64,000 nt of DNA from an uncultured Planctomycetota bacterium. GTDB lineage: Bacteria > Planctomycetota > Planctomycetia > Isosphaerales > Isosphaeraceae. Under the pieces are notes generated by a model. The model was given only the letters and a program-made list of their open reading frames with translations, was not told the DNA's origin and did not search any database. The DNA lies in NCBI GenBank assembly GCA_963823665.1, contig CAWGMQ010000004.1, positions 2,432,001 to 2,496,000 of the forward strand, in the 5' to 3' direction. Shown piece after piece: positions 43,137-51,493 of this stretch. The position numbers were made by a program, and so were the translations under genes. Each line of letters begins with the position of its first letter. The first letter of the stretch is position 1.

Positions 43137-43609
43137 TAAGCGAGCTTCCTCTGGAAGAGGAAGACGATGCGCCGGCGCGCGCCCGGCGCCGGATGAAACG
43201 CCACCGCGAGGTGCTGCTGATCTCATGCGCTGTCTGGCTTCTGGCTTTCTCGCTGCATGAGCTTCCCGACGGGCGCGTCGCGGTGCGCGGATTACCGCAA
43301 TTTCCGTTACCTCAGACATGCATGTCGCGGGCGATTTTTGGCCTGCGGTGCCCGGGCTGCGGGCTGACGCGATCGATCATTCATCTGGCACACGGTGACT
43401 GGCGGGCTTCGTGGCATGACCACCGGCTGGGCGGTCTGCTCGGGATCGTGATCGCGCTCCAGATCCCTTACCGGCTTTACGCGCTACGGAGACCTGAGCA
43501 AGAGGTGCTGCCCTCGCGCTGGCAGGCTGCGATGGGATATGCGCTGATTGGTCTTCTCTTGGCGAACTGGCTGTTGGATGTGGCGGCGGGGCGGTTGCGG
43601 TCGCCATAA
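43097..43609 (+). CDS. DUF2752-like small membrane protein (start uncertain)
   Basis: C......G..CPGCGLTRS motif and three TM segments. Confidence 0.75.
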   Translation: MPSLQDGVSDSALISELPLEEEDDAPARARRRMKRHREVLLISCAVWLLAFSLHELPDGRVAVRGLPQFPLPQTCMSRAIFGLRCPGCGLTRSIIHLAHGDWRASWHDHRLGGLLGIVIALQIPYRLYALRRPEQEVLPSRWQAAMGYALIGLLLANWLLDVAAGRLRSP

Positions 43610-43663
43610 TGTCGGCCTCTTGACTGGTGTGGGCAGTTTCGAGGCGACCAGGGAGAATATGCG

Positions 43664-45220
43664 ATGCCCAGCGTCGATTCTGTGCCGGAGCCAAATCCCT
43701 TGCGAGAAGGATTGCCCCGGACGCGGGTGTCTGAGCCCTGCGTAATTGTCCTCTTCGGTGCGACCGGCGACCTGGCCCATCGCAAGCTCGTGCCGGCACT
43801 CTTTCAGCTTGCCCGAGGTGGGAATCTTCCATCCGAATGCGCGGTGATCGGATTCGCGCGTCGTCCCTGGACGGACAACGATTTACGAGCCGAGTACGAA
43901 AAAACGCTGTCGAAAGAAGGCGGTTCCGACTTTTCCGAGGTCTGGTCGCAATTCGCCAACCGCATCATTTTCTCCCCCGGCACATTCGATGACCCGGCCT
44001 CATTCCGAACCTTGAAGGAGACTCTCGCACGCGTCGACCGGACGCACGGAACCGCCGGGAACCGGGTCTACTACCTGGCCGTATCACCTGAGTTTTTTGC
44101 GCCGATCATCGCGAACCTGGGCGAGGCGGGGCTGATTTATCCCTCTCAGCAGGAGACGCCGTGGAGCCGGGTGGTCATCGAGAAGCCGTTCGGCCGCGAT
44201 CTCGAAAGCGCCCGTGACTTGAACAAGGCCGTGTCGGCCGTTCTGGATGAAAGCCAGGTCTACCGCATCGACCATTATCTCGGTAAGGAAACCGTTCAGA
44301 ACATCCTGGCGCTGCGATTCGGCAACAGCATTTTCGAGCCGGTCTGGAACCGGCGGCACGTGGCCTCGGTGCAGGTCACTGTTGCCGAGGAGGTGGGCAT
44401 GGCCGGGGGCCGGGGGGCCTATTACGATACGGCCGGGGCCCTGCGCGACATGGTCCAGAACCACATGATGCAGCTTCTCTGCCTGGTGGCGATGGAGCCG
44501 CCGGTTGATCTCTCGGCCGATGCCGTTCGCAATGAGAAAGTGAAGGTGCTGCAAGCGCTCCCACGGTGGAACGCTGCGGATGTGGTTCGCAACGTGGTAC
44601 GAGCGCAGTACCTGAAGGGCTCGATCCAGGGAGCCGAGGTTCCCGGTTATCTCGAGGAAAAAGGAGTCGCTCCGGGTTCCAGGACCGACACGTATGTTGC
44701 GATCCGGCTGGAGCTGAATACCTGGCGGTGGGCGGGGGTTCCCTTTTTTCTTCGCACCGGGAAACGGCTGCCCAAGCGGGCGACGGAGATCGCCATCCAG
44801 TTCAATCGGCCGCCGACCGAGCTTTTTGAGGTCGACCCGCGGCGGGGCCCGGGCGGCACCAATCAGCTTGTGCTGCGGATTCAGCCGAACGAGGGGGCAA
44901 GTTTGACCTTTGAGGCCAAGGTGCCCGGCTCGCGCCGGCGTTTGCAGGAAGTGCGGATGGATTTCCGATATGGGACCGCATTTGCCCTCCCGCCTCCCGA
45001 GGCTTACGAACGGTTGCTGCTGGACGCGATGCTGGGTGATCCCACGCTCTATACACGAACCGACGAGGTGGAGAGTGCCTGGCGATTCGCATCGGCCATT
45101 TTAAATGCTTGGAATCAGGCCGATGCTCCGCCGCCGGTTTCCTATACGGCGGGAAGCTGGGGGCCGGAGGAGGCGGATGCCTTGATTGCGGCGGATAGAG
45201 GTCGCTGGCGCTGGTTGTGA
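43664..45220 (+). CDS. zwf: Glucose-6-phosphate 1-dehydrogenase
   Basis: FGATGDLA, EKPFG, RIDHYLGKE, RDMVQNH and RTGKRL. Confidence 0.97.
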   Translation: MPSVDSVPEPNPLREGLPRTRVSEPCVIVLFGATGDLAHRKLVPALFQLARGGNLPSECAVIGFARRPWTDNDLRAEYEKTLSKEGGSDFSEVWSQFANRIIFSPGTFDDPASFRTLKETLARVDRTHGTAGNRVYYLAVSPEFFAPIIANLGEAGLIYPSQQETPWSRVVIEKPFGRDLESARDLNKAVSAVLDESQVYRIDHYLGKETVQNILALRFGNSIFEPVWNRRHVASVQVTVAEEVGMAGGRGAYYDTAGALRDMVQNHMMQLLCLVAMEPPVDLSADAVRNEKVKVLQALPRWNAADVVRNVVRAQYLKGSIQGAEVPGYLEEKGVAPGSRTDTYVAIRLELNTWRWAGVPFFLRTGKRLPKRATEIAIQFNRPPTELFEVDPRRGPGGTNQLVLRIQPNEGASLTFEAKVPGSRRRLQEVRMDFRYGTAFALPPPEAYERLLLDAMLGDPTLYTRTDEVESAWRFASAILNAWNQADAPPPVSYTAGSWGPEEADALIAADRGRWRWL

Positions 45221-45232
45221 TTGACGGCCGTG

Positions 45233-46105
45233 TTACGGCCAGGATGACTCGATGCCGAGCTCGTGGAGCACGCGAGCTGACCGTCGCGATGCGAGGGCCG
45301 CGCGGATCGGCTTGGCGGGCCAGAGGAGCTTCCAGGTCATCAGGATGGCACCCCGCCATGTCGGACGATAAACACGGGCGTCTTCATCCAGATAGTAGTA
45401 ACCGCTCTCGGCAAACTTGGCCGTTTCCTTGAGATGTGAGTTGCGCAGGAAATCGATGGGATCATTGATCGGAATATTGACCCGGCTTGCACCATTTCCA
45501 AAGTGCGTGATGCACGCGTTATGGATCTCGTAAAGCCGACGCGGGTTGCCGATCCACGGAACGGCGAGCGAGCCCTCGTGAACACGGATTCTGGGAGTCA
45601 ACGGGCGCGTTTTGTTGTTTGCGGTTACCAGCGTGAGCCCGTCGTCGAAGTCGGTGAAGAAGGCTAGCGATGATTCTTTCACCGTGCGCACGCCTCCCGC
45701 CGTCAAGAACACCGACCAGAGCTTCGCGTACTGGCGTGATTGCCGATTCTCGAAGAGTGTGACGTGAACCCCGCCATTGGGCACTGAGTCCGAAAGGCGA
45801 AAATGGTCCCGGTTTGTGAAGCCCAGCGTCTCCAGTTGGGGCGAGATCGCCGCGACGCTCTCGGTCACAGGCCGAGGTGTTTGTTCAGATTGCAGATCGA
45901 ATGGCTCGTAATTCGGATCGGCGGTGGTCCAGTGTGTCTGTTTCAGTTTGAACGGAGACACAATCCACGGAACGCCGACTGCCAAAGCGAGCAGGAGAAG
46001 CAACGGCGAGAAGTCGAAGCTTCGCGGGCGGCAAAGCCAAAGGAGAATCGCGGCGACGAAGACGAGCCACATCAGCCGGCCAATCGTCTGTGGTTTTGAC
46101 ATCAC
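45233..46105 (-). CDS. Hypothetical membrane-anchored protein
   Basis: 290-aa ORF with two N-terminal TM segments. Confidence 0.7.
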   Translation of the reverse strand: MMSKPQTIGRLMWLVFVAAILLWLCRPRSFDFSPLLLLLALAVGVPWIVSPFKLKQTHWTTADPNYEPFDLQSEQTPRPVTESVAAISPQLETLGFTNRDHFRLSDSVPNGGVHVTLFENRQSRQYAKLWSVFLTAGGVRTVKESSLAFFTDFDDGLTLVTANNKTRPLTPRIRVHEGSLAVPWIGNPRRLYEIHNACITHFGNGASRVNIPINDPIDFLRNSHLKETAKFAESGYYYLDEDARVYRPTWRGAILMTWKLLWPAKPIRAALASRRSARVLHELGIESSWP

Positions 46106-46264
46106 ACCGCCCTGCCCTGCATTGCCGGTCTGGCTTGAAGTGAAGACTTTTCGCGGACGCCGGTTGGACCCTTAGCTCGGAGCCGAACGGACTGCTATGC
46201 TACGAGGAACGGAATCGAGACTCAACGCGTTCGCTCTGATCCCGATCGATTGGAGTTTTGGTTC

Positions 46265-47440
46265 ATGACCGATGCAACCACCGCACCACTGATTGACGGC
46301 CTGGGAATTCCGGTTGAGCTTCGCAACGTCGAGGCTGAGCTTGCCAGGCTGTGGGGGCCGGCGGCGCTCGAGCTGAGCGGATCGGAGCAGGAGAGCGCGC
46401 ACGTTACACGCGTGGTGCTGGCCAACCTCGTGCTCGAGTGTCTGGACCAGGACGTGCAGGCGCTCGAACCTGTGCTGGCAATGGTCGTGGAACGGTTTCC
46501 ATGCCGGACGATCGTGCTCTGCAAGTCGGACGACCCTGCTCGAAAGGTCACGGCCCAGATCTCGGCGCTGTGTCATTTGCCATCGCCGGGGCAACCACAA
46601 GTTTGCTCCGAGCAGATCGTGCTGCGTGCAGGACCGAACGCGATCGATCTTCTTCCTGGGGCCGTGCGGTCGCTGCTGGAGGCTGACCTACCACATGTGC
46701 TTTGGTGGACGAGCGATCCCAGGAAGCATCCAGCGCTGTTGCACGACCTTGCTCAAGCCTGCTCGCGGCTGATCCTGGACCTGAGCGATCGCTGCACGGA
46801 TGCCGAAGCGCTGCGGGCGGGACTCGATGAATCTCACGGCAGTTCCAGTCACGATAGCGTGTGGTTTGGTCTCACCCGTTGGCGCGAGCTGGTCGCGCAG
46901 TTCTTCGATCGTCCTGGTCATGACGAAAAGCTGGCGACGATTGAGTCGGTGGTTGTCGAGGCTGTTGCGCCCGATCCAACGTGCCCGACACGCCTGGCCG
47001 TCTGGCTGGTGGCGTGGCTGGCGGGGCAGCTTCGGTGGAAACCGCAAGGCCACCCTGAACGCCGGCCGGGTGCCGATTCTACTTGTGAGCTCTCTGCCCG
47101 CTTTAATGGTGCACGAGGCGAGGTGTCTGTTCGGATTGTGACGCGTGCGATCCCTGCGGGATGCCCGGCAGCACCGCAGATAGCGGCGGTGACCATCAAG
47201 ACGAAACCGCTTGCTGGAGATGCCAGCTCAGCGGAGACCGATCGACTCGTACGGCCGTGGCCGGGCTCGCCGGCTGTGCTGGTCGAGACCGAAGCAGGTG
47301 GACTGGGCCGATTGCCACGTGGGGTTGATGCCCCCGAGCTTGATGTGGCGCACCGGATTGCGGCGGCACTCGAATCGTCGCGCATTGATGAGCCTTTTCG
47401 GAAGGCGGTTCCTGTTGCAGTCTGGCTGCTGGGATCGTGA
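46265..47440 (+). CDS. opcA: G6PD assembly protein OpcA
   Basis: VEAELARLW, FPCRTI, CSEQI, LLEADLP..LWW and W..LT.WRELVAQFFD; located near zwf. Confidence 0.85.
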   Translation: MTDATTAPLIDGLGIPVELRNVEAELARLWGPAALELSGSEQESAHVTRVVLANLVLECLDQDVQALEPVLAMVVERFPCRTIVLCKSDDPARKVTAQISALCHLPSPGQPQVCSEQIVLRAGPNAIDLLPGAVRSLLEADLPHVLWWTSDPRKHPALLHDLAQACSRLILDLSDRCTDAEALRAGLDESHGSSSHDSVWFGLTRWRELVAQFFDRPGHDEKLATIESVVVEAVAPDPTCPTRLAVWLVAWLAGQLRWKPQGHPERRPGADSTCELSARFNGARGEVSVRIVTRAIPAGCPAAPQIAAVTIKTKPLAGDASSAETDRLVRPWPGSPAVLVETEAGGLGRLPRGVDAPELDVAHRIAAALESSRIDEPFRKAVPVAVWLLGS

Positions 47441-48297
47441 TTCTTCCGGTTCCAGGGAGGTGGGACAACGACGACATGGCAATCGACCGTGATGCGATCA
47501 TCCTCTCATTGACAGCCTGGCGAGGCCGGCACCTCCGCAAGGCGTGGCGCCCCATTATTCTCCTGGACGGGTATCTCACTCAGACCGTCCGTGCTCAATT
47601 CGGTGGAATCCCCCTCCTATCACACGGTGAATCTTGGCCCCGTTGCTCTGAGTGCCAGTGGCCCATGCAGTCGATGCTTCAGTTCGACCTCGCGCGATTG
47701 CCCAGCGGTTTGTTCCCGCTGTCTGAAGGCTACCTGCAATACTTTCAGTGCTCCAGGTACGGCACCTGCGAAGTGTCGCAACAGGAAGACTGGCAGCCAT
47801 TCGGACGGGGCAAGCTGGTGAGGGTTCTCGAAGGTAGCGATCTCCAGACTTCTGCGATCCCCGACGCCCTGAAGCCTTTTCCACTGCTTCAGATCGCACG
47901 CTGGGAACCTTGCTGGGACCTGCCGGGCACGGCGGAGCACGAGCGGCTGGGGCTGGAGTATCGCTACGAGTTTTCGACAGGGATTACGCGCACCACGGTA
48001 GCCTGGCAAGAGGGCGGCGTGATGCCCGGCGAGCCGCTTGTTGAAGATAATCGTAATCCCGGAATTGCGGAGGCCATCGCTGAGGCTGCGAGCGGAGACA
48101 AACTCGGGGGATGGCCGCGGTGGGTGCAGTCTGTGGAATACCCCGCCTGTCCCGAGTGCGGCGCTGAGATGACGTATCTGCTCCAACTCGACTACTGGGA
48201 TCACCTGCCGATCGATCTGGGTGACTACGGTACTGGACAAATGTTCTACTGCGCAGAGCACCCGAGGAGGCTTACTTTCACTTTTCAGTGTAGCTGA
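47437..48297 (+). CDS. DUF1963/YwqG-like protein
   Basis: FGG.P...WP.C..C..PM..LQ at the N-terminus; KLGGWPRWVQ and GD.G....F.C..H at the C-terminus. Confidence 0.75.
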   Translation: MILPVPGRWDNDDMAIDRDAIILSLTAWRGRHLRKAWRPIILLDGYLTQTVRAQFGGIPLLSHGESWPRCSECQWPMQSMLQFDLARLPSGLFPLSEGYLQYFQCSRYGTCEVSQQEDWQPFGRGKLVRVLEGSDLQTSAIPDALKPFPLLQIARWEPCWDLPGTAEHERLGLEYRYEFSTGITRTTVAWQEGGVMPGEPLVEDNRNPGIAEAIAEAASGDKLGGWPRWVQSVEYPACPECGAEMTYLLQLDYWDHLPIDLGDYGTGQMFYCAEHPRRLTFTFQCS

Positions 48298-48614
48298 AAT
48301 TCGGCTTGACCGAGCTCTAGATCGCAGCTTTGCCGCGGGAAGTCTTCGCTACTTATGCTTCAAGTTCTCAACGGCCGAGCGCAACCTCTGCCCCATCGGA
48401 ATGGAAGAACACAAAACGCTTCGATGACGGCACAGAGTGTAACGATGCCCGATGCTGCGCGACCCAATTCCACCGAGCCACAACCCACCAGACCCGAGTG
48501 GCGCACCGCGAACTCCCACCCGTTCACGGCCGTCACTCAAGCCGGTGTTTTTTTCCATCGATCAAATTATCAAAGAGCGAAAGACCCAACGAACAACTGA
48601 CAACATACAGACGC

Positions 48615-50351
48615 TCATTTCGCCTGTGCCCGCCCCTTCTCCTTCTTCCTGAGTCGGCGCTCCCGCCTCGACCCTCCGCCTCCCTCCCGATTTCCGCTTC
48701 GAACGGCGTCCCTTAGCCCAATCCCCGGCCTTAACAGATTCGCCGCATGACGCATCGCATCGCTCAGGCCCTCATCAAACCGCACAGATCGCACCACCAG
48801 ACCTTCTTTGCGCACCACTTTTTCTTCCACGTCGCCGTCTTCACGGCCAACCGCGACAGCCTCGGAAATCACCTTGGGTTCGTTTCGCAGCGAGTCCCTG
48901 TCGCCATCCGTTATCCCTTCGACCGCACAACTTGCATCCTTGGGTTCGTTTCGCAAAACCGAGTGCGCTCTGTCGCTGAACTTGCCGTGTGAATCAGTCG
49001 CGAAAACCGCGCTGGGTTCGTTTCGCACCGAGCCCCCGGCATCCTCCGTTCTCCCTTCATTCGCACGACTTACGTCCTTGGGTTCGTTTCGCAAAACTGC
49101 TGCTACACCCATCCCGGCAGCCTCATCGCTCCTCTGCTCAACCGCCAGCGATTGCTCTTCCGTATCCGCACAACCCGTCGCCTCGTCATAATCGTTCGAA
49201 CCGGCGCGAGCGTCTTGTTCATGAACATGATCATCAGGCTGATGATCATGTTCATCGGGTTGAAGCCAATCCGCCGACGGCGCCAGAGATTCGTATCTAT
49301 ATCCCCAGCCGAGCGTCGGTCGTTGCTCGACCAGATTCTTTAGCTCGTTCTCCTTCCGGTGCAGCGATCGCTGCCAGGCGAACTCATAACGCGTCATGAG
49401 CAGGCCTTCGTGGCTCAAATCGACCTTGGCGAGATTGGGCGCCAGCTCGGCCCTGAGCTCGGCCCGCATCTGATGTTCTTGCGCCTTTTCTTCGAGTCTC
49501 TCAACCTCTAAGCGAACGACCCCGATCAAGTGCTGCCGCGCCGTTTCTCGGTCCATCGCCGGCTTCAGACCGATGAGCTGCTGATATTGGTTCTCGAGCA
49601 CCGGCAGATCATTCGCCGAGACAACCTCATTCCACAACTCGCCGACCATGCTTCCCGCCGTCGGATCGAGCGTCTGGCACGCTTGGAACAAGAGTGTCAG
49701 ATCGTCATTGAGATAGGCACCCATGGGGTGAATCCCCAGGAGCCGGCGCGCACGAAATCGCTCCGAGCTGTTCCATCCCTCGCCTCTTTCCAGCGGCGCA
49801 AGAAGCGCATCCCACTCGATAAGCAGCCAGTTGACCCCGAGCGGGTTCAACTCTAAACTGCCGAGCACGTGTGCCGGACGCTGTTCCCCCACGGCGTTGA
49901 CTTTCCCCCTGCACGCTTTGCCCGCCTCCGCATCCGGCAGTTCACCACCCGGGAGCGCGGTGAGCCGCCCATTTGGTGCGCGAAAAAGCTCCTCCGACAG
50001 CTCGGTCCTCTCGTTTTCCAGCCGTTGCTGCTCGTCGGCGTGGCCCATCGCGGCTCTCTCTCGCAGCCGCGACCACTGCGCTTCACGGCAGCGCTTGAGC
50101 TGCCAGGAATAATAAACCGCCTCCTGCGTGAGGATAACCTCATACGAGTTTTGCGGTTTGAAATGCTCGAAGAACGCCATCGTCCGCTCGTTGAACGCCG
50201 CAGGCTTCTCTTCTGAAAGCAATACTAGTTTCGCTGTGCAAGCATGCTTCACGGCGTTGTATTTCGAACGATTCTTACCCTCGATGGTCCGAGGTCCAGT
50301 GCTATGTTTGGCATTCTGTTGATTCCGTTTCATTTGTGCGGTAGTCGTCAT
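48615..50351 (-). CDS. Hypothetical protein with N-terminal NA..STGPRT.EGK..S..NA.KH motif and C-terminal RNEP repeats
   Basis: Uninterrupted 578-aa ORF with a ggag RBS upstream. Confidence 0.75.
   Translation of the reverse strand: MTTTAQMKRNQQNAKHSTGPRTIEGKNRSKYNAVKHACTAKLVLLSEEKPAAFNERTMAFFEHFKPQNSYEVILTQEAVYYSWQLKRCREAQWSRLRERAAMGHADEQQRLENERTELSEELFRAPNGRLTALPGGELPDAEAGKACRGKVNAVGEQRPAHVLGSLELNPLGVNWLLIEWDALLAPLERGEGWNSSERFRARRLLGIHPMGAYLNDDLTLLFQACQTLDPTAGSMVGELWNEVVSANDLPVLENQYQQLIGLKPAMDRETARQHLIGVVRLEVERLEEKAQEHQMRAELRAELAPNLAKVDLSHEGLLMTRYEFAWQRSLHRKENELKNLVEQRPTLGWGYRYESLAPSADWLQPDEHDHQPDDHVHEQDARAGSNDYDEATGCADTEEQSLAVEQRSDEAAGMGVAAVLRNEPKDVSRANEGRTEDAGGSVRNEPSAVFATDSHGKFSDRAHSVLRNEPKDASCAVEGITDGDRDSLRNEPKVISEAVAVGREDGDVEEKVVRKEGLVVRSVRFDEGLSDAMRHAANLLRPGIGLRDAVRSGNREGGGGSRRERRLRKKEKGRAQAK
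48875..49093. repeat. Four copies of the 15-mer tgggttcgtttcgca separated by dissimilar spacers
   Basis: Copies start at 48875, 48941, 49013 and 49079 (periods 66/72/66). Confidence 0.9.
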
Positions 50352-50596
50352 CTTGCGCTCCGTTCGTTTCTAGGAAATTCACCAATTCTCGTGGAATTCT
50401 TCTGCTAGCTCTCCTATGGGCTTCGAACGCGGCTGTCGCGTCCCGACCAGCAGAACCTGCTTTAATAAGACTGTACGGCGAAATTGCCTCTTCGCAACTC
50501 TCTACGCCGATTTCGTGCTTTCATGAATTGATAAAATCGTGTAAATCGGATCGATCGTCAAAACCGTAAGCGGTCTTAAACCGAATCGAGCCGAGC

Positions 50597-50962
50597 TTGG
50601 AAAGCGGGGAAGTGCTGCAGACTTTCGCACCTGGATTCTCGCGTGATCGCACAGCGGGCGTCGTCGGACTAATCGCAAACGACGGCCAACACGGCGCGGG
50701 GGCAGGATATTACCTCCAGTACGCAGACCGATCCGAGGTCGGTGAAGGAGAGATAGCGCAACTCGACCTGATGGAAGAGATCGAGCAGCGGGTCCAGGAC
50801 CGGAAGTCCAAGACCGCGACCCAGCCGTTCGACCCACGCAACGATATGGGAACGGACTTGACTACGCTCTACGAAGAGGAGGCGAAGGGATTGAAAATGC
50901 GGAACAAGGTCCCCTTTCACCCCATACCCTTGGTCGTGTACCAGCCTGTAACGAGCAAATGA
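50597..50962 (+). CDS. Hypothetical protein
   Basis: 121-aa ORF with high third-position GC; start uncertain. Confidence 0.4.
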   Translation: MESGEVLQTFAPGFSRDRTAGVVGLIANDGQHGAGAGYYLQYADRSEVGEGEIAQLDLMEEIEQRVQDRKSKTATQPFDPRNDMGTDLTTLYEEEAKGLKMRNKVPFHPIPLVVYQPVTSK

Positions 50963-51106
50963 TGTTACTGCCAGCCGATTGAGCAGAGGGTGCTCCGTCA
51001 ATCCCCATTGAACGCGACTTATTTCTGGAATTGGAGGCGCCGGGAAAACAGAACCGCGCCCCTCGCAAGCGCAACTCTTTCCGATAAAAGGGCCTGCGGT
51101 ACGAGA

Positions 51107-51138
51107 AGTGGAGGCGGCGGGAATTGCACCCGCGTCTC
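51107..51138 (-). other. tmRNA/tRNA 3'-end-like fragment (att-like site 1)
   Basis: Minus strand gagac-gcggg-tgcaatt-cccgc-cgcctcc-act matches a T-arm plus acceptor 3' strand typical of ssrA. Confidence 0.7.
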
Positions 51139-51493
51139 GAAATACACAAGTCACTACGCCGCATAGTACTTGCGGCGATTCACCTCCCCCCTGTCTGCAT
51201 ACTGCCTGCACTGATTTCGGCCTACGCGAGCTTGTCGCGTGCTGGCACATGTTGGCGGCGGATGTCAGGCAGAAAATTGTGAGAATCGCACGCGTCCAGC
51301 GGGCCATCTCCCGGGCTGGCGAGTATGACGATGGTGATGTTCGGTGTTCACGACGGGAAGTCGCCCCAGCCGGGACTCTTCGGGAGTCGTCGGGCTACGA
51401 GATCGCTCGGGTTGAGAAAGTCGATGAAAGCCAGGCTACGACCTGAGCTACTAAATTGAAAATACGTCTGACCCCCAGGAAGGTCGGGCTCTG

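Noticed and set aside
35243..43609. CBASS or Bil-type antiphage system
   Set aside because: No CD-NTase or effector, no E1-E2 fusion, and the RING/FHA/membrane components do not fit. A defence role is not excluded but is unsupported.
48875..49093. CRISPR array
   Set aside because: Repeats are only 15 bp, not palindromic, in frame within a CDS, and there are no cas genes in the window.
51107..51476. Full-length tmRNA on the minus strand (GGGGG start ~370 nt upstream of the 3'-like end)
   Set aside because: The 5' end GGGGGTC pairs imperfectly with cgcctcc, and I see no conserved 5' TCGAC motif or tag ORF ending in (L)AA-stop. Only the 3' fragment is supported.
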